Of a stretch of DNA of 64,000 bases, positions 8,972-19,432 are shown piece by piece. This DNA is from Obrimoposthia wandeli (Eukaryota): contig CDROCS010000506.1 in NCBI GenBank assembly GCA_977020255.1, positions 1,612,001 through 1,676,000 on the forward strand, read 5' to 3'. The number at the start of each line of letters is the position of its first letter. The stretch's first letter is position 1. Position numbers and translations under genes: made by a program. A model generated the notes under the pieces. It was not told where the DNA came from, searched no databases, and was given only the letters and a program-made list of their open reading frames with translations.

Positions 8972-10039
8972 CTAACCGTGTTTTCTTAACTGCACAATCG
9001 CAATAATGGTAAAGAGCGCACTGGGGACAACCGCGCCAAGAAACGGCGGCAGTGAGTACACTAAACTAATCGGGCCAAAGGTTTCACTGGCAAGATAAAA
9101 AGTAAAACCAGCAACCACGCCCATCAAAATACGAGCGCCCATGGTCACTGTTCGCAACGGTCCAAATACAAAAGACAGCGCCAACAAGACCATCACACCA
9201 ATCGATAACGGCTGAAATATCTTACGCCAAAAGGCTAATTCATAAGTGTCAGCATCCTGCTTATTACTGTCTAAATAAGTAATATAAGAATACAAACCAG
9301 AGATAGATAAATCTTCCGGATCAATGGTTACCACATCTAATTTTTCAGGTGTCAGCGTAGAGTCCCAACGTAATGAAGCCTTATCAGTCACAGAGATACT
9401 ATCACGTTCAAAATGAGTAATACGGATCCCAGTTAGCTCCCAGTATTTATCAGCATACACAGCTTTACTTGCTTGTGTTGTTGTTACTAATCGCTGGTTA
9501 TCTGCAAATTCATAAATAGTAACATTATGTAATTCACTACCATTATTCACTTTACCGATATTAATAAAATTTTCTTTATCCTTTGCCCAAACACCTTCTT
9601 GTGCGCGAATAATCGATTGACCTGAAATTGATTCACCACGTAATTCTGCCGCTTTTTGCTCGGTGTAAGGGGCAACATATTCACCCATCAACATCACAAT
9701 GATCATCATAGGTATCGCCGTTTTCATTGCCGAAAGCACAATTTTAAAACGTGATTGACCTGCAGCTTGAATCACCACTAATTCAGACGAACTCGCCATA
9801 GCACCCAAGCCAATCAATGCACCAAGTAACGCTGCCATTGGAAAGAAAATAGTAATTTCCCGTGGCATTTTTAGCATTACAAATATCAAAGCTTCGACTA
9901 AACCATAAGTACCACGACCAACCGCACGCAATTGCTCAACGTATTTAATCACCGCCGATAAACCCACTAAGGTAAACAAACAGATCATAGTGGCAAATAA
10001 AATCGCTTTACCAATATAGATATCTAAAATTTTAAGCAC
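8972..10039 (-). CDS. lptG: LPS export ABC permease LptG
   Basis: MLKILDIYIGK start, SSELVVIQAAG, YELAFWRK; follows lptF. Confidence 0.95.
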   Translation of the reverse strand: MLKILDIYIGKAILFATMICLFTLVGLSAVIKYVEQLRAVGRGTYGLVEALIFVMLKMPREITIFFPMAALLGALIGLGAMASSSELVVIQAAGQSRFKIVLSAMKTAIPMMIIVMLMGEYVAPYTEQKAAELRGESISGQSIIRAQEGVWAKDKENFINIGKVNNGSELHNVTIYEFADNQRLVTTTQASKAVYADKYWELTGIRITHFERDSISVTDKASLRWDSTLTPEKLDVVTIDPEDLSISGLYSYITYLDSNKQDADTYELAFWRKIFQPLSIGVMVLLALSFVFGPLRTVTMGARILMGVVAGFTFYLASETFGPISLVYSLPPFLGAVVPSALFTIIAIVQLRKHG

Positions 10040-11150
10040 TGTCTTTACCTCGAGATAAACGTGATTTTAGCTTATGCACCGCATGATGATACCAAGAGAA
10101 ATTGGCCAAATTAAACCAAACCGCTAAGGTCAGCACCCCGAGATGGACGATCCAGAAACCAAGTTCTAATGGTAATTTTTCGTCTAAAATAGCAGAACGC
10201 GCGGCACTCAATAACATAAAGTAAGTTAAAAACATCAATAACGCAGGGAACAATTTCGCATAACGGCCTTGACGTGGATTAACCATCGCCAGCGGCACTA
10301 CTAATAAAGTCAGTAGCGGGATAGCGACAACTTGCGCGATACGCCATTGCAGCTCAACTTTGTGCTCAAATTCATTAGAATTCCATAATTCAGACGTCGG
10401 TAACGCTTTAGTTTTACGACCACGTTCATTGACGTCTTGTTCTTTTATTAAGACCCTATAAGCACTGAAATCAACGATACGAAAATCGGGTTGCGACAAT
10501 TCGCCTTCATAACGCAGGCCTTGGCTTAATTTAAGCCACTGCGAGCCCTGTTTTCCAGACTCAATATTGCCTTTATCCGCTAGCACTACCGAAGGACGCT
10601 CACCTTCTTGTGATGGCGATTTAGCGATGAATATTTTACGTAACGCTTTATCACTGTCGTAAGATTCAACGTACACCACGGCACGGCCATCATCAAGAGA
10701 CTCAAAACGGCCTTGTTTAAGTGTCGCTAAACCAACGTCGGCATCAACATTTTCTAATAATTGTACCCGACCTTCTTCAGCCGTTGGCGCATAAACAAAT
10801 GCATTAAAAGCCACTAGACCAATTGTCACAGAGGATAATAATAACGACGACATGAGTATGCGACTTGGGGTATAACCACAAGCCGTTAAGATCACCATCT
10901 CACTTTCGGCATACAATCGCCCATGCGCAAATAAAATACCAATGAACAAACTCACGGGTAAAATTAATGTGCCCAATGCTGGCATGGTATACAGCAACAT
11001 CTCCATCACTAAATTAGCAGGTAAAGCACCTGTCATTACCTTCGAGAGCAGCGCAACAAACTGCTGGCTCACAAAGATAAGTGATAAGATGAATAACACA
11101 GCGATTTGTGATTTCACTGTCTCAGCAAATAAATATCGGAAAATTATCAC
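10032..11150 (-). CDS. lptF: LPS export ABC permease LptF
   Basis: MIIFRYLFAE, GRLYAESEM, NPRQGRYAKLFPA; divergent from pepA. Confidence 0.95.
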   Translation of the reverse strand: MIIFRYLFAETVKSQIAVLFILSLIFVSQQFVALLSKVMTGALPANLVMEMLLYTMPALGTLILPVSLFIGILFAHGRLYAESEMVILTACGYTPSRILMSSLLLSSVTIGLVAFNAFVYAPTAEEGRVQLLENVDADVGLATLKQGRFESLDDGRAVVYVESYDSDKALRKIFIAKSPSQEGERPSVVLADKGNIESGKQGSQWLKLSQGLRYEGELSQPDFRIVDFSAYRVLIKEQDVNERGRKTKALPTSELWNSNEFEHKVELQWRIAQVVAIPLLTLLVVPLAMVNPRQGRYAKLFPALLMFLTYFMLLSAARSAILDEKLPLELGFWIVHLGVLTLAVWFNLANFSWYHHAVHKLKSRLSRGKDSA

Positions 11151-11344
11151 TTAAAACCTATATTAGACTAATGTTTTGTATGAAATGCAGCTCATAATTA
11201 GGTAGACTCAGCTACAAAGGCAGTATAAATACTTAACTGCACACCTATTTTATCTGAAAATGTTTAGTTTTTGATTAATAAATATGTATAACCCCCTATT
11301 ATGTTATAAATATTTGATTTTGTCTTTAGGAAACCGGAGAGTCC

Positions 11345-12868
11345 ATGGAGTTCAATGTAAAAAGTGGTAGCCCTGAGAAGCAACGCAGTGCTTGTGTTGT
11401 TGTCGGAGTGTTTGAACCACGTCGTTTATCACCAGCAGCAGAACAACTTGATAAGATCAGTGACGGCTATTTAAGTTCCCTACTTCGTCGCGGAGATATC
11501 GAAGGTAAACCTGGCCAAGTATTACTACTTCACCATGTACCAAACGTACTAAGTGAACGTGTATTATTAGTTGGTTGTGGTAAAGAACGCGAATTAGATG
11601 AGCGTCAATACAAGCAAATCATCAAAAAGACAATGGACACCTTGAACGAAACCGGTTCTATGGAAGCAGTTTGTTTCCTACCTGAGCTTAATGTTAAAGG
11701 TCGTGATACCTATTGGAAGATCCGCTTTGCCGTTGAAACAGCACGCGAAAGTCGCTACCGTTTCGACCAGCTAAAAAGCAACAAAGAAGAAACCCGTCGT
11801 CCACTACGTAAAATGGTGTTCAACGTTACTTCACGTCGCGACTTACCAACAAGTGAAAAAGCCATTGCTCATGGTTTAGCTGTAGCAAGTGGTATGCGTC
11901 TATGTAAAGACGTAGCAAACATGCCGCCAAACATTTGTAACCCTGTTTATCTTGCTAACCAAGCACGCCAATTATCTGATGAAAGTGACAAGATCACTGT
12001 ACAGATTTTAGGTGAGCCTGAAATGAAAGAATTAAAAATGGAATCTTACCTTGCTGTATCTCAAGGTTCAGCAAACGAAGCTAAGATGTCTATTATTCAT
12101 TATCAAGGTAATCCAGATAAAGATGCAAAACCTATTGTCTTAATTGGTAAAGGTTTGACGTTCGATTCAGGTGGTATTTCATTGAAACCAGGCGCAGGCA
12201 TGGACGAAATGAAATATGACATGGGTGGCGCAGCTGGTGTACTTGGTGCAATGAAATCATTAGCTAAGTTAGATTTACCACTGAACGTTATAGGTATTCT
12301 TGCTGGTTGTGAAAACATGCCAGGCAGCAATGCTTACCGTCCAGGTGACATCATCACGACTATGTCAGGTCAAACTGTTGAAGTATTAAATACTGATGCT
12401 GAAGGCCGCTTAGTATTATGTGACGTATTAACGTATGTTGAACGTTTTGATCCAGAACTCGTCATCGACGTAGCAACCCTAACCGGTGCTTGTGTTGTTG
12501 CACTTGGTCATCACATCACAGGTTTATTATCGACACATAATCCACTAGCACATGAATTATTGAATGCTTCAGATCAAGCAGCAGATAAAGCATGGCGCTT
12601 ACCAATCACTGACGACTTCCAAGAACAAATTGAAAGTCCGTTTGCTGATTTAGCGAATATCGGTGGCCCTGGTGGCGGTACTATTACTGCAGCTTGTTTC
12701 TTATCTCGCTTTACTAAAAAGTACAACTGGGCGCATCTAGACATCGCCGGTACTGCTTGGGTAAGTGGTAAAAACAAAGGTTCAACAGGTCGTCCTGTAC
12801 CTATGCTTACACAGTTCTTGCTTAACCGTACAGAACGCAGTGAAGTACAACAAGCTGACGAAGCGTAA
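11345..12868 (+). CDS. pepA: Cytosol leucyl aminopeptidase PepA
   Basis: [42 protein letters not shown] signature. Confidence 0.98.
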   Translation: MEFNVKSGSPEKQRSACVVVGVFEPRRLSPAAEQLDKISDGYLSSLLRRGDIEGKPGQVLLLHHVPNVLSERVLLVGCGKERELDERQYKQIIKKTMDTLNETGSMEAVCFLPELNVKGRDTYWKIRFAVETARESRYRFDQLKSNKEETRRPLRKMVFNVTSRRDLPTSEKAIAHGLAVASGMRLCKDVANMPPNICNPVYLANQARQLSDESDKITVQILGEPEMKELKMESYLAVSQGSANEAKMSIIHYQGNPDKDAKPIVLIGKGLTFDSGGISLKPGAGMDEMKYDMGGAAGVLGAMKSLAKLDLPLNVIGILAGCENMPGSNAYRPGDIITTMSGQTVEVLNTDAEGRLVLCDVLTYVERFDPELVIDVATLTGACVVALGHHITGLLSTHNPLAHELLNASDQAADKAWRLPITDDFQEQIESPFADLANIGGPGGGTITAACFLSRFTKKYNWAHLDIAGTAWVSGKNKGSTGRPVPMLTQFLLNRTERSEVQQADEA

Positions 12869-12940
12869 TTACACTCTTGCTGCATGAGAATATAAAAAAT
12901 CAAGCAGTGAGTATGTAAAAAGCCTACGCTATAAATATCT

Positions 12941-12966
12941 AAAAGGTCGCTATTGCGGCCTTTTTT
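12941..12966 (+). terminator. Intrinsic terminator after pepA
   Basis: AAAAGGTCGC-TATT-GCGGCCTTTTTT. Confidence 0.7.
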
Positions 12967-13102
12967 AGTTTCTACGACAGAATAACCCCACAGTATATCC
13001 AGATATTACCCCGACAACTGTATTTTACCGCCCCTGCTTTGTGTTATTATATGCAGTTATGTTTTAAACTTTAACTGTTCGTAATTTGGCGTAAAACTAC
13101 CA

Positions 13103-13546
13103 ATGAAAAAAGTTACTTTTTATATCATGCAAGCATCTGAAAATGGCGTTGAGGCAAGCATGCCACAGCACCATGAACTTGCGTGTAAGCTAGCTGGTGA
13201 GTTTTATCAGCAAGGACAACGCGTCTATATCCATACCAACGATGAATCGGCAGCCAATCAGGTTGACGAATACCTTTGGCAATTAGATGCGAACAGTTTT
13301 GTACCACATAATTTACAAGGTGAAGGTCCACGTAATGGCGCGCCCGTTGAAATCGGTTTTCAATCACCTCGCCACCGTTATCAGGTACTTATCAACCTGC
13401 ACGACCATACACCGCAATTTGCAGTCAACTTTAATCAGATTATCGATTTTGTACCGCATCAAGACGGCTTAAAACAGCAAGCTCGAGAGCGTTACAAACA
13501 CTATCGTCAAACAGGGTTACAACTGTTAACTGTAAACGCCGAATAA
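13103..13546 (+). CDS. holC: DNA polymerase III subunit chi
   Basis: MKKVTFY, LWQLDANSFVPHNL, ARERYKHYR; lies between pepA and valS. Confidence 0.93.
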   Translation: MKKVTFYIMQASENGVEASMPQHHELACKLAGEFYQQGQRVYIHTNDESAANQVDEYLWQLDANSFVPHNLQGEGPRNGAPVEIGFQSPRHRYQVLINLHDHTPQFAVNFNQIIDFVPHQDGLKQQARERYKHYRQTGLQLLTVNAE

Positions 13547-13579
13547 TCAATCCACCATTGAGAATTAGAAAGCAGACCT

Positions 13580-16441
13580 ATGGAAAAAATATACAATCCC
13601 CAAGCCATTGAGCAAGCGCTTTACCAGAACTGGGAAGAGCAAGGTTACTTCAAGCCAAACGGCGATCTAACAAAAGATGCATACAGCATCATGATCCCAC
13701 CGCCAAATGTCACTGGTAGCCTACACATGGGTCATGCCTTCCAACAAACGATCATGGATGCGCTAACACGTTACAAGCGTATGCAAGGTCTGAACACGCT
13801 ATGGCAGGTTGGTACCGACCACGCTGGTATCGCAACGCAAATGGTTGTAGAGCGTAAGATTGCAGCTGAAGAAGAAAAAACGCGCCACGATTATGGCCGT
13901 GATGCGTTTATCGACAAGATCTGGGATTGGAAAAACGAATCAGGCGGCAACATCACCCGTCAAATGCGTCGTTTAGGCACATCTGTAGATTGGGATCGTG
14001 AACGTTTTACTATGGATGACGGTCTGTCTGAAGCAGTAAAAGAAGTATTCGTACGTCTATTTAAAGAAGACCTGATTTACCGTGGCAAACGCCTAGTAAA
14101 CTGGGATCCAAAATTCCACACTGCTATTTCTGATCTTGAAGTTGAGAGCAAAGAAAAACAAGGCAGCATGTGGTACTTCCGCTACCCACTAGCAGACGGC
14201 GCAACAACTGCTGACGGTAAAGATTACATCGTTGTAGCAACGACACGTCCAGAAACAATGCTAGGTGACTCTGCGGTTGCAGTACACCCGAAAGACGAAC
14301 GCTATGCAGCGCTTGTTGGTAAAGACATTATTCTTCCGATTGTTGGCCGTCGCATCAAGATTGTTGCAGATGACTATGCTGACATGGAAAAAGGCACCGG
14401 TTGTGTAAAAATCACACCTGCCCATGACTTTAACGATTACGAAGTTGGTAAGCGTAACAACTTAGTGATGTTCAACATCCTAACTGAAAACGCTGATATC
14501 CGTGAAGAAGCGGAAATCATCAACTCAGACGGCACAGAAAATACTGAATTAACTTTCACTATCCCTGCTGAATACCAAGGCATGGAACGTTTTGCTGCAC
14601 GTAAAGCAATCGTAGCGAAATTTGAAGAGCTTGGTTTATTAGAAAAAATTGAACCGCATACACTGCAAGTACCTTACGGCGATCGTAGTGGTGTAGTAAT
14701 TGAGCCACTACTAACAGACCAATGGTATGTAAGTGTTGGTCCAATGGCGAAAGTTGCATCTGACGCAGTAAAAGACGGCGAAATTCAGTTCGTGCCAAAA
14801 CAGTACGAAAACATGTATTTCTCGTGGATGAACGACGTACAAGATTGGTGTATTTCACGTCAGCTTTGGTGGGGTCATCGTATTCCAGCTTGGTATGATA
14901 ACGAAGGTAATGTATTCGTTGGTCGTGATGAAGCTGAAGTACGTGCCGAGAACAACTTAGGTCCAGAAATCGCATTACGTCAAGATGACGATGTACTTGA
15001 TACTTGGTTCTCATCTGCGCTTTGGACATTCTCAACGCAAGGCTGGCCACAGCAAACTCAAGATCTTAAAGTGTTCCACCCAAGTGATGTACTGGTAACA
15101 GGTTTCGACATCATCTTCTTCTGGGTTGCACGTATGATCATGATGACGATGCACTTCATCAAAGATGAAAACGGCAAGCCACAAGTACCATTCAAAACAG
15201 TTTATGTAACTGGTTTAGTACGTGATGAAGCTGGCGATAAAATGTCAAAATCAAAAGGTAACGTACTTGATCCACTAGACATGATCGACGGTATCGACCT
15301 TGAGTCACTAGTACAAAAACGTACTGGTAACATGATGCAGCCACAACTTGCTAAGAAAATTGAAAAAGCAACGCGTAAAGAATTCGAAGGCGGCATTGAA
15401 GCACACGGTACTGACGCACTACGTTTCACATTAGCAGCAATGGCATCGACTGGTCGTGACATTAACTGGGACATGAAACGTCTTGATGGTTACCGTAACT
15501 TCTGTAACAAACTATGGAACGCAAGCCGTTACGTATTAATGAACACTGAAGAGCATGATTGCGGCCAAAATGGCGGCGACATGGAATTCAGCCTTGCAGA
15601 TCGTTGGATCCAAGGTCAATTCCAAGAATCAATCAAAACTTACCGTGAAGCAGTTGATACTTACCGTCTTGATCTTGCAGCAAACATCGCTTACGAGTTC
15701 ACTTGGAACCAGTTCTGCGATTGGTACTTAGAATTAACTAAGCCAGTATTTACACACGGCACTGAAGCACAACTGCGTGGTACACGTCATACGCTAGTAA
15801 CGATCTTAGAAGAGTTACAACGTTTGATGCACCCTATCATGCCGTTCATCACTGAAGAGATCTGGCAGCGTGTTGCACCACTTGCTGGTAAATACACTGA
15901 AGGCGCAACGATCATGCTACAGGCATTCCCTGAGTTTGATGCAGACAAAGTTGATGCGCAATCAATGCAAGATCTAGAATGGGTGAAGAAATTCATTATC
16001 GCTGTACGTAACATTCGTGGCGAAATGGACATCAGCCCAAGCAAACCAATTTCTATCTTGCTTAAAAACGTAGGTGCTGAAGAGCAACGTCGTCTAGACG
16101 AAAACCAACAGTTCCTAAGTTCATTAGCGAAATTAGAAGCGATTACAATTCTTGGTGATAATGAAGAAGCGCCAATCTCAGCAACATCACTATTAGGCGA
16201 CATGGAAATCTTAATTCCAATGGCTGGTCTAATCGACAAAGATGCTGAAATCGCGCGTATCAACAAGCAAATGGAAAAAGTCCAAAAAGACTTAGACCGT
16301 GTTTCAGGTAAGCTAAACAACGAGAAATTTGTTGGTAAAGCACCAGAAGCAGTAATTGCCAAAGAACGTGAAAAGCTAGCAGAATTTGAAAACACAATTG
16401 CTAAACTTGACGCTCAAAAAGCACGAATTGAATCGATCTAA
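13580..16441 (+). CDS. valS: Valine--tRNA ligase
   Basis: [13 protein letters not shown] (HIGH-like), KMSKS, C-terminal coiled coil; 953 aa. Confidence 0.99.
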   Translation: MEKIYNPQAIEQALYQNWEEQGYFKPNGDLTKDAYSIMIPPPNVTGSLHMGHAFQQTIMDALTRYKRMQGLNTLWQVGTDHAGIATQMVVERKIAAEEEKTRHDYGRDAFIDKIWDWKNESGGNITRQMRRLGTSVDWDRERFTMDDGLSEAVKEVFVRLFKEDLIYRGKRLVNWDPKFHTAISDLEVESKEKQGSMWYFRYPLADGATTADGKDYIVVATTRPETMLGDSAVAVHPKDERYAALVGKDIILPIVGRRIKIVADDYADMEKGTGCVKITPAHDFNDYEVGKRNNLVMFNILTENADIREEAEIINSDGTENTELTFTIPAEYQGMERFAARKAIVAKFEELGLLEKIEPHTLQVPYGDRSGVVIEPLLTDQWYVSVGPMAKVASDAVKDGEIQFVPKQYENMYFSWMNDVQDWCISRQLWWGHRIPAWYDNEGNVFVGRDEAEVRAENNLGPEIALRQDDDVLDTWFSSALWTFSTQGWPQQTQDLKVFHPSDVLVTGFDIIFFWVARMIMMTMHFIKDENGKPQVPFKTVYVTGLVRDEAGDKMSKSKGNVLDPLDMIDGIDLESLVQKRTGNMMQPQLAKKIEKATRKEFEGGIEAHGTDALRFTLAAMASTGRDINWDMKRLDGYRNFCNKLWNASRYVLMNTEEHDCGQNGGDMEFSLADRWIQGQFQESIKTYREAVDTYRLDLAANIAYEFTWNQFCDWYLELTKPVFTHGTEAQLRGTRHTLVTILEELQRLMHPIMPFITEEIWQRVAPLAGKYTEGATIMLQAFPEFDADKVDAQSMQDLEWVKKFIIAVRNIRGEMDISPSKPISILLKNVGAEEQRRLDENQQFLSSLAKLEAITILGDNEEAPISATSLLGDMEILIPMAGLIDKDAEIARINKQMEKVQKDLDRVSGKLNNEKFVGKAPEAVIAKEREKLAEFENTIAKLDAQKARIESI

Positions 16442-16462
16442 TCGTTAAAATCGTACTTACCT

Positions 16463-16498
16463 AAAAAGGGACAGCTGATTAATCAGCTGTCCCTTTTT
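16463..16498 (+). terminator. Terminator after valS (perfect 36-bp palindrome)
   Basis: AAAAAGGGACAGCTGATTAATCAGCTGTCCCTTTTT. Confidence 0.85.
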
Positions 16499-16698
16499 GT
16501 TTGTTATTTCGAGTAAATGGCTTTTCATTTAGAATAAATAGTTAATAGACATCACAAATACCCCATCGATATCCAGTAAAAATATTCCCATTCCAAGCCT
16601 TACAATGTAAAATAATTGTTAACCACATTAACTTGTAGTTATAAATACACCAACAGATTAGCTATAAATGTCGACACCAAGGAATGGAGTGATAGGTT

Positions 16699-18816
16699 AT
16701 GGGTAGCACGGATTCTCTGAATCATATATTAATTAATGCCATTCAGCATTTGCCTATTGGCATATTTTGGAAAGATATTCACGGCCAATATTTAGGCTGT
16801 AATCAACATTGCCTGTCCCTGTTTGATTTGCCATCAGAGCAATTCATTATTGGTAAAACAGATACACAACTACAACCCGCATTAAAACAAAAACAGTTTC
16901 CCAACAAAGCCCTCATGCAAACCGATAAAGAGGCGCTAATCCACGGTCGTAGTGTCATTGCCAGAATGATGCAAATGGAAACGATCTATGGACAAGGTCA
17001 ATTTGAAATAACAAAAATTCCACTGCACAGCAACACAGGTAAGATCATCGGCTTACTCGGTATTGCCGTTGACGTATCCAGCAAGTTTCGCTCAGAACAA
17101 AAGTTACAAGAAAAAACCGCCTTACTTAACTCTATTTTTGATGCCCTACCTGACTTTGTCATTTACAAAGACATGCAAGGCCGTATCGTTGAATGTAACC
17201 GTGCGGCGCTCAAGTTAGCGAAAAAGAAGAAGGCTGATGTCATAGGTAAAACCATCACAGAAGTTCTGCCTACATCAACAGCGAAGGTCAGTATCGACTA
17301 TGATAGTCAGTTAAAATCAAACTATAAAAGTGCTAATTACAAAATGGAATTTGAATTAGCAGGCCGCCAAATATATGTTGATGTACACAAACATCCAGTA
17401 ATTCAGAATAATGAATTAGTAGGTACTGTGAGTATCTCTCGCGACATAAAAGAACGTCGTAATAGCTTAGAAAAGATTGCCACACTAACCAAGCACGATC
17501 AATTAACCCAACAATTAAATCGCACCACCTTTTTGCAAGAACTTGAAAATATCGATCAACAACGCGATTGGGGCATCATCCTCATTGATATTAAGAAGCT
17601 GGGAAAATTAAACAGCCAATACGGCGCTGAAATTGGCGACAAAGTCCTCGTTTATGTCGGCAAAATGATCAAGCTAGTAGCCCCGAAATCAGCGCATCTA
17701 TCTCGTATTCAAGGAGATAGATTTGCCATTTTAACCGATCAAGTCAGCTCACCAGATCAGCTTAATGCTCTATGCAATAAATTGATCGACAGGCTTAATA
17801 TGCAAGTCGCAATTCAAGGCCATGTCATTGATCTCGCTATCTGTATCGGTGCAGCAAATTACCCAGAGACGGTGCAGAATACCGACCAGTTACTCACTTG
17901 CAGTGAACAAGCTTTATTGCGGTCACGTAAACATAGAGAACAAAGTTACACCTTATTCGATCCGCTATTAGAAGCCCATGCCGAAGCAGAAAAGCGTTTA
18001 ATCGACGATTTAAAACACGCGATTAATAACAAATCCATCGATTTATATTACCAACCAGTCGTCGATGCAAACACGAAAGCTGTACTTGGCGTAGAAGCCC
18101 TTGCACGCTGGCATCACCCTGAACAAGGGCTAATCATGCCAATTAAATTCATCGAACTGGCTGAAAAAAACAACCTGATAGGACAATTGGGTGAAATGGT
18201 ATTAGAAAAAGCCTGTCAACAACTGGCAGAATGGCGTGAACACGACATTGATATCTTCATGGCGGTAAACTTATCGCCTATTCAATTTAATGATCCGCTG
18301 CTGATTAGCAAAATAAAATATTACATTGAACGCTATAATATTCCTGCTCAACGGCTTGAAATTGAAGTAACAGAGAGTGCACTAATGGAGTCGAATCAAA
18401 CTGCAGAAAATATGCTCGATGAATTAATTCAGCTCGGTGTACGCTTGTCTATCGATGATTTTGGGACAGGTTATTGCTCGTTATCTTATTTAAAAAATAT
18501 GCCTGCGCATAAACTAAAAATTGATAAATCATTTGTCGATGAACTTGAATTAGATAAAACCACAACGGCAATTACACGCTCAGTGATCAGCTTAGCCAGG
18601 GAGTTAAATATTACAGTGACAGCGGAGGGGGTCGAAGATGAATCACAGATGCAGTGGTTACAAGATCAACAATGTGATCAATTTCAGGGGTATTTATTTA
18701 GCCGCCCGTTACCGAGCGACAAATTTTGTCTGTGGTATAAAGCACACCATGCCACACACAATAATATTACTTATCAACAACCAACAAAAACAACGATGCC
18801 TTTGCAGGTATTATGA
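16699..18816 (+). CDS. PAS-PAS-GGDEF(degenerate)-EAL protein, probable c-di-GMP phosphodiesterase
   Basis: Two PAS/PAC domains; GGDEF site reads QGDRF; intact EAL (VEALARW), DDFGTGY, LKIDKSF, AEGVE. Confidence 0.88.
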   Translation: MGSTDSLNHILINAIQHLPIGIFWKDIHGQYLGCNQHCLSLFDLPSEQFIIGKTDTQLQPALKQKQFPNKALMQTDKEALIHGRSVIARMMQMETIYGQGQFEITKIPLHSNTGKIIGLLGIAVDVSSKFRSEQKLQEKTALLNSIFDALPDFVIYKDMQGRIVECNRAALKLAKKKKADVIGKTITEVLPTSTAKVSIDYDSQLKSNYKSANYKMEFELAGRQIYVDVHKHPVIQNNELVGTVSISRDIKERRNSLEKIATLTKHDQLTQQLNRTTFLQELENIDQQRDWGIILIDIKKLGKLNSQYGAEIGDKVLVYVGKMIKLVAPKSAHLSRIQGDRFAILTDQVSSPDQLNALCNKLIDRLNMQVAIQGHVIDLAICIGAANYPETVQNTDQLLTCSEQALLRSRKHREQSYTLFDPLLEAHAEAEKRLIDDLKHAINNKSIDLYYQPVVDANTKAVLGVEALARWHHPEQGLIMPIKFIELAEKNNLIGQLGEMVLEKACQQLAEWREHDIDIFMAVNLSPIQFNDPLLISKIKYYIERYNIPAQRLEIEVTESALMESNQTAENMLDELIQLGVRLSIDDFGTGYCSLSYLKNMPAHKLKIDKSFVDELELDKTTTAITRSVISLARELNITVTAEGVEDESQMQWLQDQQCDQFQGYLFSRPLPSDKFCLWYKAHHATHNNITYQQPTKTTMPLQVL

Positions 18817-19173
18817 TGCATCTTCTTCGAAGAAAGTGCCCCAACCGTCATAAGTAACATCTTGTTCAATAGACATTTTAAGTAGTTTTTCGATATCACG
18901 GGTAATTGTATCGATATCCAGTTCCGTTTCAACAACACAGTCGAATGCGAATACTGTTTGGCCGTCTTCCAGTTCAACTTCTTCAGGATCTGATACATCG
19001 TAGCCCAGCTTAAATGCAGCAATAGCCGCTTTTTCTAGCTGCGCAAAATCATCACCAGCAAAGTGATGTTCAATAGAATATACAGCATCAGGATCACTGC
19101 CATCTTCTAATAAGTTATCAATGATCTCTTCGGCTTCGACTTTCAGGTCGGCAAATTCTTTTTCAAAATCCAC
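18811..19173 (-). CDS. rraB: Regulator of RNase E activity RraB
   Basis: LLEDGSDPDAVYSIEHHF, YDGWGTFFE; highly acidic; near valS as in enterics. Confidence 0.93.
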   Translation of the reverse strand: MDFEKEFADLKVEAEEIIDNLLEDGSDPDAVYSIEHHFAGDDFAQLEKAAIAAFKLGYDVSDPEEVELEDGQTVFAFDCVVETELDIDTITRDIEKLLKMSIEQDVTYDGWGTFFEEDAS

Positions 19174-19432
19174 TAGGTTAATCTCTTTAGTTATGATGTA
19201 TGAAGAATACTCTGGTTTTAATATTCATGCCATAAAATTATACCCAAAATAACGCCTCAAACATAGGGCAAGATAACGCAATATCATCATCCTATCGTAG
19301 AAAAAACGTCACCGCAGTAACCTCAAATAATGGCTTAAGTGATATTATTATCATTATTTCGGCACTTAATTAAGACTATATTGTCTAAAGCTAATATCGA
19401 TATTATTTCAAATTTATCACACACTGATATTA

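Noticed and set aside
14559-16395. Long antisense ORFs in valS (163 and 202 aa) and similar ones in rnr, rplI, rlmB and mdh
   Set aside because: Expected shadow ORFs opposite codon-biased genes; no RBS or domain signal.
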